DNA from: a virus
DNA: 64,000 nt
Virus record (IMG/VR): IMGVR_UViG_3300035698_025300
Strand: one strand, 5' to 3'
A program made the position numbers and the translations under genes. The notes beneath the pieces were generated by a model. It made no database searches. It was given only the letters and a program-made list of their open reading frames with translations, and was not told the origin of the DNA. Positions 1 to 10,354 of the stretch are shown in pieces; the stretch's first letter is position 1; each line of letters starts with the position of its first letter.

Positions 1-498
1 CAACCTTGGCCACATCATGGTTTGCTTCAATATAAGAGAAAGTCCATTGATCTGTTTCCTGTAGATCTTTGCTAATTTTTGAAACGGCTTCACCTGTATA
101 TTCTTTAGACGAGTTTTCGGCTCCATCCGTAAAGACCGTTACAACGAATTTGATTTCTTTGTCTTCCTTCGCTTCGTCATAAAGCTCGCTATACAGACGG
201 TTTACGCCTGTCCCCAAAGCATCATAGAGGGCAGTGCATCCGTTAGGCAAGAAATCTGCATCAGTAAGTTCTTTAAGCTCAGATGGAGATTCTCTCCAAA
301 GTCGTATATCCATTTCTTGATTAAACACAATAAGTGATACTGTATATTTTTGGTCTGGATATTTTTCTTCCAACTGCTTAATGGTTTGAACATTTTCGTT
401 AAACCCCATAATAGTGGAATCTTTAATCGCGCACATAGAACCGCTTTTATCAAGAACTAATAAGTGACCTTTTTATTTTCTTTTGTTAACTTTGCCAT
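1..498 (-). pseudogene. vWA-domain protein, runs off the window edge, -1 frameshift about 10 codons after the start
   Basis: RBS AAGGAG then ATG at 498 (MAKLTKENKK then stop). The -1 frame reads HLLVLDKSGSM...CTALYDALG...VFTDGAENSS (MIDAS motif). One extra A in the A5 run restores a single ORF. Confidence 0.75.
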
Positions 499-580
499 TT
501 TTGTATCTCCTTAGTAAAGCGCATCGACTAAACGCTATGTATTAAAGTCGATTAGTTATATAGTCGGACAAACTCAAGAT

Positions 581-805
581 CTACTTAAAGTATTTCTGCT
601 GTCCGTCTCTCGCACTCATAAAAGTATCGGCGTCTAGAGCGATGACGATGGGCTTTCGACTGACCCATTTCTTCCCATCAAACAATCCTCGACCTTCCCA
701 ATACTTGCCAGATTTATTTTTACGCTTTGCGGTAATCTCACCGATTCTCCCGTTGCAGCAAACCGCGACGGACCCGATAATATCTGATTTGTTTTTAGCC
801 TTCAT
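581..805 (-). CDS. hypothetical protein
   Basis: ORF overlapping the kinase stop (coupled). Start probably at 805. Confidence 0.55.
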   Translation of the reverse strand: MKAKNKSDIIGSVAVCCNGRIGEITAKRKNKSGKYWEGRGLFDGKKWVSRKPIVIALDADTFMSARDGQQKYFK

Positions 806-2468
806 TTTCATTTTTCCTTGTTTTGACAGTATATATTTTATCACCTTTGTACCCACACACAACATTATTCTTTTTGAATAATTTTATTGCTGCGACATCT
901 GGATCTTGAATCGACTTTATGTCGTTTGACGTAGGCTTATGATAAAATAATTCTATTTCATCTTCATTGACATGCACACAAACGCCAGTATCTAAGACTG
1001 CGAAGTTTATGTCAGTTGTCGCTATATTAGTAATTATTCTAACCTTATAGTTCCACTTATTTCCGAATTTAAAAACGAATTTATCGTAAATGCCTTGCTT
1101 TTCGGCTACAACAACCATAACATGGTTGTCATATTTAGCACCTACTATTTTGTATTCGCTTAACTCGTCAATGGCTGATTGGATTGACTTGCCTTTTTCT
1201 GGGAACACCGTAAAATAATAAGACCCTAAAATATCTTGAACAATAACTCCATCAAAAAGATCGGTCGCTTTGTCCAAAACGCTTGCCGCCAAATTGGCAG
1301 AAATGATAACGCTGTTTGGTAATTCAACATATTCTATCTCATAAACCTCATCTTGATTTTTAATATAGATTTCGCCATTATACGACATGATTTTTTCAGC
1401 CTTTATATTAATGGATATAGGCTTACCAGAAAATAAATCATTTGCAGCTAGTTTGCCATCAACTATATCAAATTCAATGGCTTTTTTATTTTTCGCAGTA
1501 ATTACAATATGATTATATTGTTTTGGATATATAGAATTATTAAACATCCAAGAATCTTTAGTGGCGACACATAAAGTTCCTTCTATGTCACAAGCATGCT
1601 GCACATTAGAAGAGTAATCGTGAAGTTCGTTTATATCAAAATTGAGAGTAACGAACTGTGTAGATGGTATATAAAAAACCGTCGCATCAGGCGATATAAC
1701 TGGAGGCTGTATTCTCTCTCCAACCTCGAATATAGCTTCGTACCAATCTCTTAGTTTATTAGGAATAACGCTAAATGGTGAACAAACTTTTGGAACTTTA
1801 ACGTCGTCGCTAAAAACTGAAAGATTATTTAACATTCGATCATTTATATTTTTAAATTGCGTGTGCCTGCCTTTATAGGGGTGTATCCCAATTAGCATCT
1901 GAAAGGTAACAATTCCAAAAGAAAACCAATCCGTCAGTTCTGAGAATTTGGATGCATGTCTATCTCTAACACTTTCCATAATAACTTTCGCCGGGAAATT
2001 TTGTGTTTGATAGCTATCAACATCAATAAAGTAAACTTTGGAAAACTGCTTGTCTATTAAGAAGTTCATCTCATTTAAATCTACAATAATAATGTTATTA
2101 CTATGTATGAAATCTATTTTACTCCTTATGTCCTCAATAAGAGCTAAAGTCTGTTCGTGCGTGATAGAGTTTCTATCGCGGAAAGATTTAGTGAAGAACT
2201 TACATAGAGAATGTGTATTATCTATATACGGCATAGTATAGCCAACATAATCACTACCTTTGTACACCATTTCTTCTGGAGCGATAATGTCACTATGCTT
2301 TAAAACAGAAAGCTCCTGTACTTTAGACTGAGGTATAGGCGAGCTAGAATCGTTATATACTTTTATGGCAGTGTCGCCAAAAGCGTAAATATCTCCTTCG
2401 CCGCCAGATGCAACAAAGTGCTTTTTGGTTAAATTGAAATTTTTCCCGCTCTCAGTCAAAACTTTCAT
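795..2468 (-). CDS. Ser/Thr protein kinase-like protein (TerY-P triad kinase)
   Basis: GGEGDIY glycine loop, AIKVY, IVDLNEMNFL catalytic loop, FIDVDS, DWFSFG, HPYKG. Confidence 0.85.
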   Translation of the reverse strand: MKVLTESGKNFNLTKKHFVASGGEGDIYAFGDTAIKVYNDSSSPIPQSKVQELSVLKHSDIIAPEEMVYKGSDYVGYTMPYIDNTHSLCKFFTKSFRDRNSITHEQTLALIEDIRSKIDFIHSNNIIIVDLNEMNFLIDKQFSKVYFIDVDSYQTQNFPAKVIMESVRDRHASKFSELTDWFSFGIVTFQMLIGIHPYKGRHTQFKNINDRMLNNLSVFSDDVKVPKVCSPFSVIPNKLRDWYEAIFEVGERIQPPVISPDATVFYIPSTQFVTLNFDINELHDYSSNVQHACDIEGTLCVATKDSWMFNNSIYPKQYNHIVITAKNKKAIEFDIVDGKLAANDLFSGKPISINIKAEKIMSYNGEIYIKNQDEVYEIEYVELPNSVIISANLAASVLDKATDLFDGVIVQDILGSYYFTVFPEKGKSIQSAIDELSEYKIVGAKYDNHVMVVVAEKQGIYDKFVFKFGNKWNYKVRIITNIATTDINFAVLDTGVCVHVNEDEIELFYHKPTSNDIKSIQDPDVAAIKLFKKNNVVCGYKGDKIYTVKTRKNENEG

Positions 2469-2472
2469 TCTG

Positions 2473-3282
2473 CTATCCCAGATTTATCGCAGCCATAGAT
2501 ATATCATCATAATTTATTTTTCTGTTTTTGTGATAGTTTTGTAAAAACCTTTTCAGCCTGCGCTGAACAAACTTGCCCTGAAAATTCTTAAAACAAAATA
2601 AATCACGAAAAACTTCCGTCAAAGGAACTTCCTTTTCGTTTGGATGGAGGAAAGAAAAAACTCCATCTGATACTATTGACACCCAATCATATTCATCTCG
2701 TTTATACGACATTGCATATAAGTCCTCATAATCATATGATGGTTCCTTTTTAGTAGACAACTTTGTGCAAATGCCCTTGTCAATTTGATATTCGCTAATA
2801 ACTCTCCCCTTATCCATTGCAGAAAAGCCATCCCTATCCGACAGAGTTAGCCTATATGCTAAATATCTTGGAGCGTTACTTGGGAAATCGATTTTAACTA
2901 TCTTTACTGTCCCGTCTTTTTTGCCTAAAGCTATAGCCCCATCCCCAAAAGCGTGGAATAGTATTCTTTCTTTTGTGACACGAGCCATTAAAAGCGTTGC
3001 GTACAGACAGTCTCTCGTTAAACCTAATTGCCTAGCTACATCTCTAGATTCATATATTACTTCATTAAAATAGTCTTGCAAGCTAATATATTCTTTAGGG
3101 GGTTCCCCCTCAAGATCTATAACATTTTTATATGCTATGCTTGTTAGAATCCTTGAACCAATGTCTGTATTAACTGCCGACGAACACCCATCGCTCAGAA
3201 AAATACTGCTCGGTGATGCAAGAGCGTAATCTTCACACACTTCGTGGGTATCACCTATATAAAATGCACAATCAGAATTCAA
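2473..3282 (-). CDS. PP2C-like protein phosphatase
   Basis: CEDYA, LSDGCSS, FGDG, VSDGV, YDDIS metal-binding motifs. Confidence 0.85.
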   Translation of the reverse strand: MNSDCAFYIGDTHEVCEDYALASPSSIFLSDGCSSAVNTDIGSRILTSIAYKNVIDLEGEPPKEYISLQDYFNEVIYESRDVARQLGLTRDCLYATLLMARVTKERILFHAFGDGAIALGKKDGTVKIVKIDFPSNAPRYLAYRLTLSDRDGFSAMDKGRVISEYQIDKGICTKLSTKKEPSYDYEDLYAMSYKRDEYDWVSIVSDGVFSFLHPNEKEVPLTEVFRDLFCFKNFQGKFVQRRLKRFLQNYHKNRKINYDDISMAAINLG

Positions 3283-3284
3283 TA

Positions 3285-4037
3285 TTAAATCTCCAGGTAG
3301 AATGGTTGTGAAGGCCCCCCGCTTCCAAGTGCTTGCGATTGAGCCGATATGCTTTTTGAAACGAAATCAGCCAGCTTAGACAGCTTCGCTGGTGTTGCTT
3401 TGTCTATCTCAATATACTGATTGAATCCGCCATCTTGTTTAAAGCTATTGAGATATCCACTAATAGTTGAGTATCCACCGACACCTACCCCTACCAGTAT
3501 AGTTACCAGGGACTCCAGCTTTTCCTGTACGTGACAATCATCACAAAGCCCCTTAACGTTGTCTGCACTTTTGATGGAACCTGTGTCCCCACCATCAGTA
3601 ACGACGAACACGATTGCATTAACGTCAAAATCATTTTCATACAAACTGTCTGCGTAATCATTTGTGGCTTCAATTGCATTATATGCGGCATCAAAAAGGT
3701 TTGTAGATCCTTTGATTTTTAATACGCTATTATAATCCGAGACGTTGCAATTTTCCAATAACTTAAAGCCGTGAATCTCTTCAATGTCATCAGAAAAAGT
3801 AACTAGTCTAACCAGTAGGTTATCGGCTCTTGGGCTACACTTACAGGCTTCTATTATAGACGAAATGGACTTTTCCATTTCCAGTTTGTAAGAACGAACA
3901 CTTCCGCTAACATCTACAGCAATAGTTACAAGAGTATATTCGGTAGCTCCTAAATTATCAATCTGGACGGCAGAATATCCGAAATTGGAGCCTTTTAGTG
4001 TTTCAGTATTAATTGTTTCATCATTCAGTTTTGGCAT
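3285..4037 (-). CDS. vWA (TerY-like) protein
   Basis: DVSGSV MIDAS, GST, VVTDGGD. Confidence 0.85.
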   Translation of the reverse strand: MPKLNDETINTETLKGSNFGYSAVQIDNLGATEYTLVTIAVDVSGSVRSYKLEMEKSISSIIEACKCSPRADNLLVRLVTFSDDIEEIHGFKLLENCNVSDYNSVLKIKGSTNLFDAAYNAIEATNDYADSLYENDFDVNAIVFVVTDGGDTGSIKSADNVKGLCDDCHVQEKLESLVTILVGVGVGGYSTISGYLNSFKQDGGFNQYIEIDKATPAKLSKLADFVSKSISAQSQALGSGGPSQPFYLEI

Positions 4038-4054
4038 TTTTAGCTCCTTAACAT

Positions 4055-4852
4055 TTACGCAACAAAATTAGTAGTGCTAGATAGTTGCATTCCTCTAGCA
4101 ACCATATCTTTGATAAAATCTTCCTGTAGGCTCTCAAAGCCTGTAACTGGACTTGTGGCGTCTTCGAGAAGGACAAGGCGAGATATGTAGCTGTCATCAT
4201 TAAATGCCTCAGCGATGTCCCTGACGGAATTTGCCAAACAGTGAGAACCAGCTTCGCCAGCGATCAATACTGTGTTTGCATCCATTAAAGACTGTATTAG
4301 CTTTGTGTTGATATGAGTTGTTGGATCTTGTGGATCGGGAACCTCTGCCTTAATAGCTGAATAGTGTTCAGTAAAGAGATTGCTTCCTTTGGTAACGTAG
4401 TTAACAAAAGCGAATTCTTTCTCCCATTCAATAAAAGCTTCAAACAATTCGGGATAAACAGCATAGCCGATACTTCCAATAAGACAGTGCGGTGGCCAAA
4501 TGCAGAGTGGATATCTGTCACCATCTTCCAAAGATTCAACATAATCAACCATTCGCTCTCTCCAGGAGAGATTAGTTGGATTCCATTTACCGTTTTTTAT
4601 ATCTTCTAAAGAAATAATCGTGAATGGATCTGGATGATTGCCATTACTGTCACGCCAAAATACTGGATGTGCCACATCAACAAAGTGGTGAGAATCAAGA
4701 GTGACGTGAATATCGTTAAGAATATTTTTATTTTTTTTAACGAATTTAGCAAGTCTAGCCATATCATCATTTGCCCCCTGCACAAAAAGATTTCCTTTTG
4801 GATCGCAAAAATCATTTTGAGGGTCAATGCAAAGAAGGTCGATTTTTTTCAT
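4055..4852 (-). CDS. isochorismatase/nicotinamidase-like cysteine hydrolase
   Basis: IDPQNDF, TLDSH, WPPHC, KGSN..TEHYSA, GEAGSHC. Confidence 0.85.
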   Translation of the reverse strand: MKKIDLLCIDPQNDFCDPKGNLFVQGANDDMARLAKFVKKNKNILNDIHVTLDSHHFVDVAHPVFWRDSNGNHPDPFTIISLEDIKNGKWNPTNLSWRERMVDYVESLEDGDRYPLCIWPPHCLIGSIGYAVYPELFEAFIEWEKEFAFVNYVTKGSNLFTEHYSAIKAEVPDPQDPTTHINTKLIQSLMDANTVLIAGEAGSHCLANSVRDIAEAFNDDSYISRLVLLEDATSPVTGFESLQEDFIKDMVARGMQLSSTTNFVA

Positions 4853-4878
4853 TTAAATGCTCCTTATAGTAGCACGTC

Positions 4879-4907
4879 ATTATAGTCTTTTAATATAGGT
4901 TTTGCAA
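4879..4907 (-). promoter_or_regulatory. sigma70-type promoter for the amidase-vWA-PP2C-kinase operon
   Basis: TTGCAA-17 nt-TATAAT. Confidence 0.7.
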
Positions 4908-4913
4908 TTTGTT

Positions 4914-5558
4914 TTATGCTTTAGGCTTAACTGTTTTTAATGGAGTGTCGAGCAAAATATCTACGAATCTCTTAATTGTTTTGTACGTCTTGCCTGTAGT
5001 TTTTAGTGAATATTTATGAATAGCTTCTTTTTTTATCCATTCTCTAAGATTGGATGCAGATTCAGAAGATCTAGCGTACCAGTCGCAAACCATTTCGGCG
5101 ATAGCTTCTTCAGACATGTTTTTAATATTGCCCCAACACTCTGGGTGATGATCATTGGACATTACATGTTGATGTATTGCCATTTTAAGCTTTTCTCCTT
5201 CAAGCTCTTCATGTGGATCTTCTTTGACTAGATATTCCCATTCTATCCCGGCAAACTTGCTTCGATCATGGACCATACTTCTTGAGACAATTTTACGAGC
5301 AAAATATGGATCGCCGCGCTCAATGATTCGCTCGGCCAATAGTTGCATAGAATCCTGAACTTTGCGAATATGCCTTAATAGGCTATTCAGCTTGCGGATC
5401 TCTCGGGTCATAGTCGCGATACGCTCTAGTTTAGCCTGTGCTTCTTGAACCTGCTGCTGTGCGGTCTTGGCCTCTTCTATAACCTCGTCTTTACGCATTT
5501 TCTCTATAGGCTTGCTGGCGGTCTCTCCGTTTGGGCCACCGCAGTTATCTTTAGTCAT
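4914..5558 (-). CDS. HD-like phosphohydrolase (DUF5662-like)
   Basis: HDRSKF...HHPECW...EMVCDW pattern. Confidence 0.6.
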   Translation of the reverse strand: MTKDNCGGPNGETASKPIEKMRKDEVIEEAKTAQQQVQEAQAKLERIATMTREIRKLNSLLRHIRKVQDSMQLLAERIIERGDPYFARKIVSRSMVHDRSKFAGIEWEYLVKEDPHEELEGEKLKMAIHQHVMSNDHHPECWGNIKNMSEEAIAEMVCDWYARSSESASNLREWIKKEAIHKYSLKTTGKTYKTIKRFVDILLDTPLKTVKPKA

Positions 5559-5610
5559 ATCTTAATCCTTAAATAATATCTAAAACGGTTTGTGAGTGTT
5601 AAATACTATT

Positions 5611-6069
5611 CTATGGTTGAATAATAGAACCCTCTCGCTCTTTTAGGGCTTGAGCCATTCCAGCGGGAGCTTGAATGATTCTACTCTGTTCTGCCTCTTG
5701 TTCTGCTAACATTCTGTCTTGTTCCTGCTGCATAATACTATGGATGAAATTCTCTGCGGCTGGGCCAGCGAATTCGTAAAAACGCTTCATACCCTCTTCT
5801 ACGCTTTTAACATCCATTTCAAATTTTACTTCTGAAGACATACCACCAGGCATTCCTATACTGGCTATGCCAATATAGTATTCATCCATTTCGACGAATT
5901 TTAAAGACATAACCTCCTCCTTGGTGGCATTGGGAGGCAGGTCCATATCGACTTCTCCAATCTTCTTAACAACATCGATGCGTCTTCCGTCATCAGTTTG
6001 ATACGTTTCAATTTTCCGAAGAGCAACCTGTTCAACCTGATTATCCGCTGTATTTTTACTGTCTGTCAT
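5611..6069 (-). CDS. hypothetical protein
   Basis: 152-aa ORF with RBS and an upstream TTGCTT-17-TATAAT promoter. Confidence 0.7.
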   Translation of the reverse strand: MTDSKNTADNQVEQVALRKIETYQTDDGRRIDVVKKIGEVDMDLPPNATKEEVMSLKFVEMDEYYIGIASIGMPGGMSSEVKFEMDVKSVEEGMKRFYEFAGPAAENFIHSIMQQEQDRMLAEQEAEQSRIIQAPAGMAQALKEREGSIIQP

Positions 6070-6131
6070 TACGATCTCCTATAAAAGTTATTATATTATA
6101 CAAAAGTATGTTTTTAAAAGCAATTAAATAT

Positions 6132-6446
6132 CTAAGAACTTGTGTTTTTTTTCGCGACATCGGCATCCTTATCTTCTTCCGCGACTTCGGCATCCTTATC
6201 TTCTTCATTATTCTTTTTGGCCTCAATATCGTAGAGATCGATATTATGCATATTTTTAAGATCATCATAAGATTCAAAAGTTGATGACGCCTTTAGGCTT
6301 CCTTCTGCTGGTGCCGGACTTAATAAAAGATTAAATTCTGCCAAAAAAAATGGAAACGATTCACTGTGAAAGGGAGTCTCTATTTTTGACAGATGTATAA
6401 TAGGATAATACTGCCCTAAAAGTATGTCGCTAGCAAATATTTTCAT
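6132..6446 (-). CDS. hypothetical protein, acidic C-terminus with a 27-nt tandem duplication
   Basis: ORF; EEDKDAEVA/EEDKDADVA repeat. Confidence 0.5.
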   Translation of the reverse strand: MKIFASDILLGQYYPIIHLSKIETPFHSESFPFFLAEFNLLLSPAPAEGSLKASSTFESYDDLKNMHNIDLYDIEAKKNNEEDKDAEVAEEDKDADVAKKNTSS

Positions 6447-6511
6447 TTTCTCTGTATTGTTTAAAACAAAACTAGATATAGTATTAATATCTTCTTTAAT
6501 ACTACCAGATT

Positions 6512-6730
6512 CTATACAAAAAACGATATCAGAATCACTTTTTTTTTATTAGCTGCTACTAAACCTTTGGGGGCTAAGGGGTCATTAGTATGAATGGCAA
6601 AAACGCTCTTCTCAAAAATAACTGATCTATAATCTATAATAGATGAGCAGTCGATGGCCAATTCTTTACCTAAGCCGCCATCGCCTGCAACAAAGTGTAA
6701 TATTCTGCCATTAGTAATCAATGTTTTCAT
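6512..6730 (-). CDS. hypothetical protein
   Basis: ORF coupled to the upstream HNH gene. Confidence 0.5.
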   Translation of the reverse strand: MKTLITNGRILHFVAGDGGLGKELAIDCSSIIDYRSVIFEKSVFAIHTNDPLAPKGLVAANKKKVILISFFV

Positions 6731-7857
6731 TAGCCTTTTCCCTCTACGGTCCTGTTGACATCCCAGTATTCTGGTAAATATTTAGGTTTTGCTATTTCGA
6801 CAAAATGTTTACGCCAACGGATAATGAAATCTTCTATAGAGTCTACATTCTCCACAACGTATCTTCCATATTCTTTGTAATTTTTACTTTTTACCAAATA
6901 CTGTATCTTCGAAGCCTTAATTATATCTTTTTGATAAATTTGCTTTTTCTTTAAATGCTCTCTAATGATTTTTCGTAAACCGCTTTTTTTTCTTTTGCTC
7001 ATATTGTTGTCAGTCTGCAATAAAGCCGTTGCAGCATCATGAACTCTATGTAGTTCTTCATCTACAGAAATGCCTGATCCCTGCATAGTAATCCCGAACT
7101 CGTCAGCAAACTCTTCCTTGAGTTTCATGGCTTCTTTTTCATACTCGTCGTGATGATCACGACACAAAAGTAAAACGTCATGGTAAGAGTGTTTCTTAAG
7201 GTTTTCCGGGAAGAACTTCCTAAAACAATATGGTAAAACATGATGTTTTGTTAGACCTTCTGAGCATCCGCAGACAACGCATTTGTCCTCTTTGTCTTGC
7301 AGGTAGAAATCATCATTTCTGTGTCCTCGACCTGCTGGCTCGAATTTAAGCCTAATTGTTGGAGGGTCTTCTTTCTCCAAAACAGCCAAATCTTTTTTAA
7401 GATACCAATCAATTTTGTCCTGGCCGCATCGACTGAGAATCTCTCCGTCTGGAGCCAACATGATACCATTTGTGTATATCTTTTTTGATTTGTTTTGAGA
7501 AGAACTATTGTGCAAAAAAGTCGCAACATGAATTGCAGCTTTCCAGTTGATATCACCTGGAGAGAAAACGGCTACTACGTTTTTGTCTTTAGATGACTCT
7601 CTATGGAAAACTCGTTTCTTTTTTAACTCTTGAATCGTTTTATCTTGATAAATTATATAATAGGTTTGCTTGCTTTTAGTCGAGCGATTTCTCTCAATTA
7701 ATTTCAAGACGACGTAGCTACCATGTCCGGAGTACTTATCAATATAGTATTTTGATTTACTTTTGTTTAAATTGTCGGCGGTGGCGTCAACCACTTCTTC
7801 CAACTTACCCTTAAGGGATTTTAAAAAATCTTCTTTGGAAAAATTGTTTTTACTCAT
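6730..7857 (-). CDS. HNH endonuclease resembling the C-terminal domain of EXD2-type proteins
   Basis: LAPDG..LSRC...WYL; CVVCG, TKHHVLPYCFRKFFP..LK.H..HDVLLLC..HH; start likely MSKNNF at 7857. Confidence 0.7.
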   Translation of the reverse strand: MSKNNFSKEDFLKSLKGKLEEVVDATADNLNKSKSKYYIDKYSGHGSYVVLKLIERNRSTKSKQTYYIIYQDKTIQELKKKRVFHRESSKDKNVVAVFSPGDINWKAAIHVATFLHNSSSQNKSKKIYTNGIMLAPDGEILSRCGQDKIDWYLKKDLAVLEKEDPPTIRLKFEPAGRGHRNDDFYLQDKEDKCVVCGCSEGLTKHHVLPYCFRKFFPENLKKHSYHDVLLLCRDHHDEYEKEAMKLKEEFADEFGITMQGSGISVDEELHRVHDAATALLQTDNNMSKRKKSGLRKIIREHLKKKQIYQKDIIKASKIQYLVKSKNYKEYGRYVVENVDSIEDFIIRWRKHFVEIAKPKYLPEYWDVNRTVEGKG

Positions 7858-7920
7858 ATAAAAGTCCTTTACATATACACAATTATATATCGTATAGATC
7901 TGAATTGCACATAGTATATA

Positions 7921-7945
7921 AAAAAAGACCGGCACAAAGCCGGTC
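7921..7945 (-). terminator. intrinsic terminator ending the large leftward tRNA operon
   Basis: GACCGGC-TTTGT-GCCGGTC followed by T6. Confidence 0.75.
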
Positions 7946-7981
7946 AATCAAAAAATATTGCCGAAAATAAATGGCAATAAA

Positions 7982-8081
7982 CCGCAGGTATAGGATTCGA
8001 ACCCATATTTACCGTTCACAGCTGCCCAGCCCTAACTATGTGGGCGTGTTATTTCACATTTCTGGGGGCTGCTACCCTGCG
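7982..8081 (-). ncRNA. tRNA-like RNA with no assignable anticodon
   Basis: Acceptor CGCAGG/CCTGCG and T-arm ATGGG-TTCGAAT-CCTAT present; interior does not fold as a cloverleaf. Confidence 0.5.
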
Positions 8082-8082
8082 T

Positions 8083-9090
8083 TTAAAAATCATTCTCATT
8101 TACTAAATACCATTTTATATGCTGTTTAGGCTTATCTTGTCTAACATAATTCACGATAAAAATATTACCATTTGGCAATTGTGCCCAGCCAGTATACCCA
8201 CCATCTGACAATTTGTTTTTATCGTGATCTAAAGGCAAAATAGTAAATGTATTTATGTCTTTTCCGTCTGTTAATGCTGCAAATGTATTTTTGGACCAAA
8301 AGCCTTTTTTAAATTTCGACATCTGCTCACGGTATGTTAATAAATAGTTGCCAGATTTTAGCTTTCCAAATGTGGGCCTATGACATCCACCAAATCTTGT
8401 TGACCTTACTGCACTCCAAACGCCTTTTTCATTTAAGATAGAACAACAAGCGGGAAAACCTAAATCAGAGTTTTCTCTCATCATGCAAATTAACCCGTCT
8501 TCGTATTTAGACAAACTACCCTCAACTAAATTGTAATCATCTTCATTTTGATAAAACCTATAAACAGGCATCCAATCAGATAGTATTTTTTTGATCCCCA
8601 AAGACAACAAAACTGACGATTATGTTTTTTGTCATAGGAATGTGTAACCATTTTATAGTGTTCTAAGTGGTAGACTATTTGACTGGGAACGATTCTCCAA
8701 ACGCCTTTCAATCTTGTTGGTTTGGACCATACTACTCCATCATCTGTATATGATATAAATATTTTTGTTTTAGCCTTGTCGTTTTCGCTTTCAAAAAAAA
8801 CATTCACAATTTTCCTGTTTGACAAAATCGCATACAGCGAATAAACGACCATTTTCTGCAAACAGCCTGGGACAGTTCCATCTGCCACGACCCTTTTCAA
8901 AAATACAAATATGATTTTGGAAATTAATATTATCAATACCTGAAGATATGACGTTAATAGAAGTGCCATCAGTATTTTTGTGACTTTTTGCTGATTTATA
9001 AACTGTATAAAGCTTACCTTTAAAAACCGTAACATTTGGAAAACCTAAAAATTTACTATCATCTTGTGCAATGATGCCACTATCTATCAT
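8083..9090 (-). pseudogene. BNR/Asp-box sialidase-like beta-propeller split by two homopolymer frameshifts
   Basis: Three ORF-track frames join: FPNV..., SYTDDGVVWSKP (Asp-box), EGSL...MMRENS...HRP. Breaks at the T8 run (~8793-8800) and A7 run (~8586-8592). Confidence 0.7.
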
Positions 9091-9119
9091 TTTTGTTGCC
9101 TTTTTAAATGAACAAAAAA

Positions 9120-9191
9120 TGGCAGAATCGGGAGTTGAACCCGCTTGCACGGCTTATGAAACCGCCGCGGAAGCCCTTCCGCCCTACTGCC
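9120..9191 (-). tRNA. tRNA-Met/Ile2 (CAT)
   Basis: Cloverleaf, loop TTCATAA, G1-C72, some stem mismatches. Confidence 0.75.
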
Positions 9192-9499
9192 ATAGATATA
9201 AGCCTAGCTGCCTACCGTTTGCTTTTCATCGGCACAGGTATTGTATCTCTACAAATTTCGTTTGACCTTTCACTTCTTGATAGTTGGTTGGTCTATCTCG
9301 AAGCTTCGTTATGAATCGCGGCAGTAACAATTGCCCATTCCTCTCATTCTAGTCTGAGCATCCACCTTATTGGAATATGAGGCTGACACAACTTTCCTTT
9401 TGTGCCATTCAAAGAGAATAAATCACCATAAAGCAACTAGATGCTAAACAATTATCTCTTATCTTTCTCACCAAGCTTATATTAAATTATCAAAATCTA

Positions 9500-9670
9500 T
9501 TGCCCTGGCGGGAGTCGAACCCGCAATTACTGGCCCGGATTAGCTGTTTACCCTCTCTGAACGATCTAGAACTTTCAGATACTCTTAAGCCTTTAGTTAT
9601 CCAGTCCCTTTAGTTATCCAGTCATGGGTAACATTCCATGTGCTTTTACCAATTTAAGCGTTACAGGACA
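9500..9670 (-). tRNA. tRNA-like gene (possibly Asn GTT) with a ~95-nt insertion at the variable arm
   Basis: Acceptor TGTCCTG/CAGGGCA, D-arm GCTT/AAGC, stem CATGG/CCATG with 8-nt loop AATGTTAC, insertion closed by ACTGG/CCAGT, canonical T-arm. Confidence 0.6.
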
Positions 9671-9672
9671 AA

Positions 9673-9747
9673 TACTCCCGGCAGGACTCGAACCTGCAAC
9701 TTCCTGTTTCGTAGACAGGCACTCTAATTCCATTGAGCTACGAGAGT
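9673..9747 (-). tRNA. tRNA-Arg(ACG)
   Basis: Cloverleaf, loop CTACGAA. Confidence 0.9.
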
Positions 9748-9788
9748 GTTTTAAATGGTCCACCATGCAAGCTCCGCTTCTTCATACC

Positions 9789-10067
9789 TTATTTTGCGCC
9801 AAGATATGTTGCAATGCCTGTGATCCTTTCTCGACACATGCGAAGCATATTTTTCGCTATTTTTCTTTTTTTATCGTCTTTAACGCGATACTGCTTGCTT
9901 CTATACTTTTTCCAATTACGTTCAGTGTGAGCGTAGGAATAGTAGTCCCACGGATCAATTCCACTGTAAGATTTTGGCTTGCGAGGTTTTACAAAAATCT
10001 TGTGTTCGTCATCCAGATCCGGCCAAGAATCTCTATGAAGCATTTTTAAGTTTCTTTTATACGCCAT
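9789..10067 (-). CDS. hypothetical basic protein
   Basis: 92-aa ORF with RBS between tRNAs. Confidence 0.6.
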   Translation of the reverse strand: MAYKRNLKMLHRDSWPDLDDEHKIFVKPRKPKSYSGIDPWDYYSYAHTERNWKKYRSKQYRVKDDKKRKIAKNMLRMCRERITGIATYLGAK

Positions 10068-10152
10068 TCAAATCTCCCTAGTTAATTCAATAACTAGGGA
10101 AACCAAGACGAATTATTATAAAATTCTTCATTCACATTCTCCAAATATATGA

Positions 10153-10224
10153 TGGCTTTACCAAGACTCGAACTTGGATCAAAGGTTTCGAAGACCCTCA
10201 TGCTATCCTTTACACCATAAAGCC
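10153..10224 (-). tRNA. tRNA-Arg(TCG)
   Basis: Cloverleaf, loop CTTCGAA. Confidence 0.9.
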
Positions 10225-10230
10225 TAGTGA

Positions 10231-10302
10231 TGCGCCATACCGGATTCGAACTGGTACCCACTGACTGGAAATCAGGCATGCTGCCGTTAACACCAATGGC
10301 GC
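10231..10302 (-). tRNA. tRNA-Gly(TCC)
   Basis: Cloverleaf, loop TTTCCAG; directly preceded by TTGCAT-17-TATAAT. Confidence 0.9.
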
Positions 10303-10354
10303 TCATGTGTTATTATATGATTGCTTTCTGAACTATGCAATCATTTTTAAAAAA

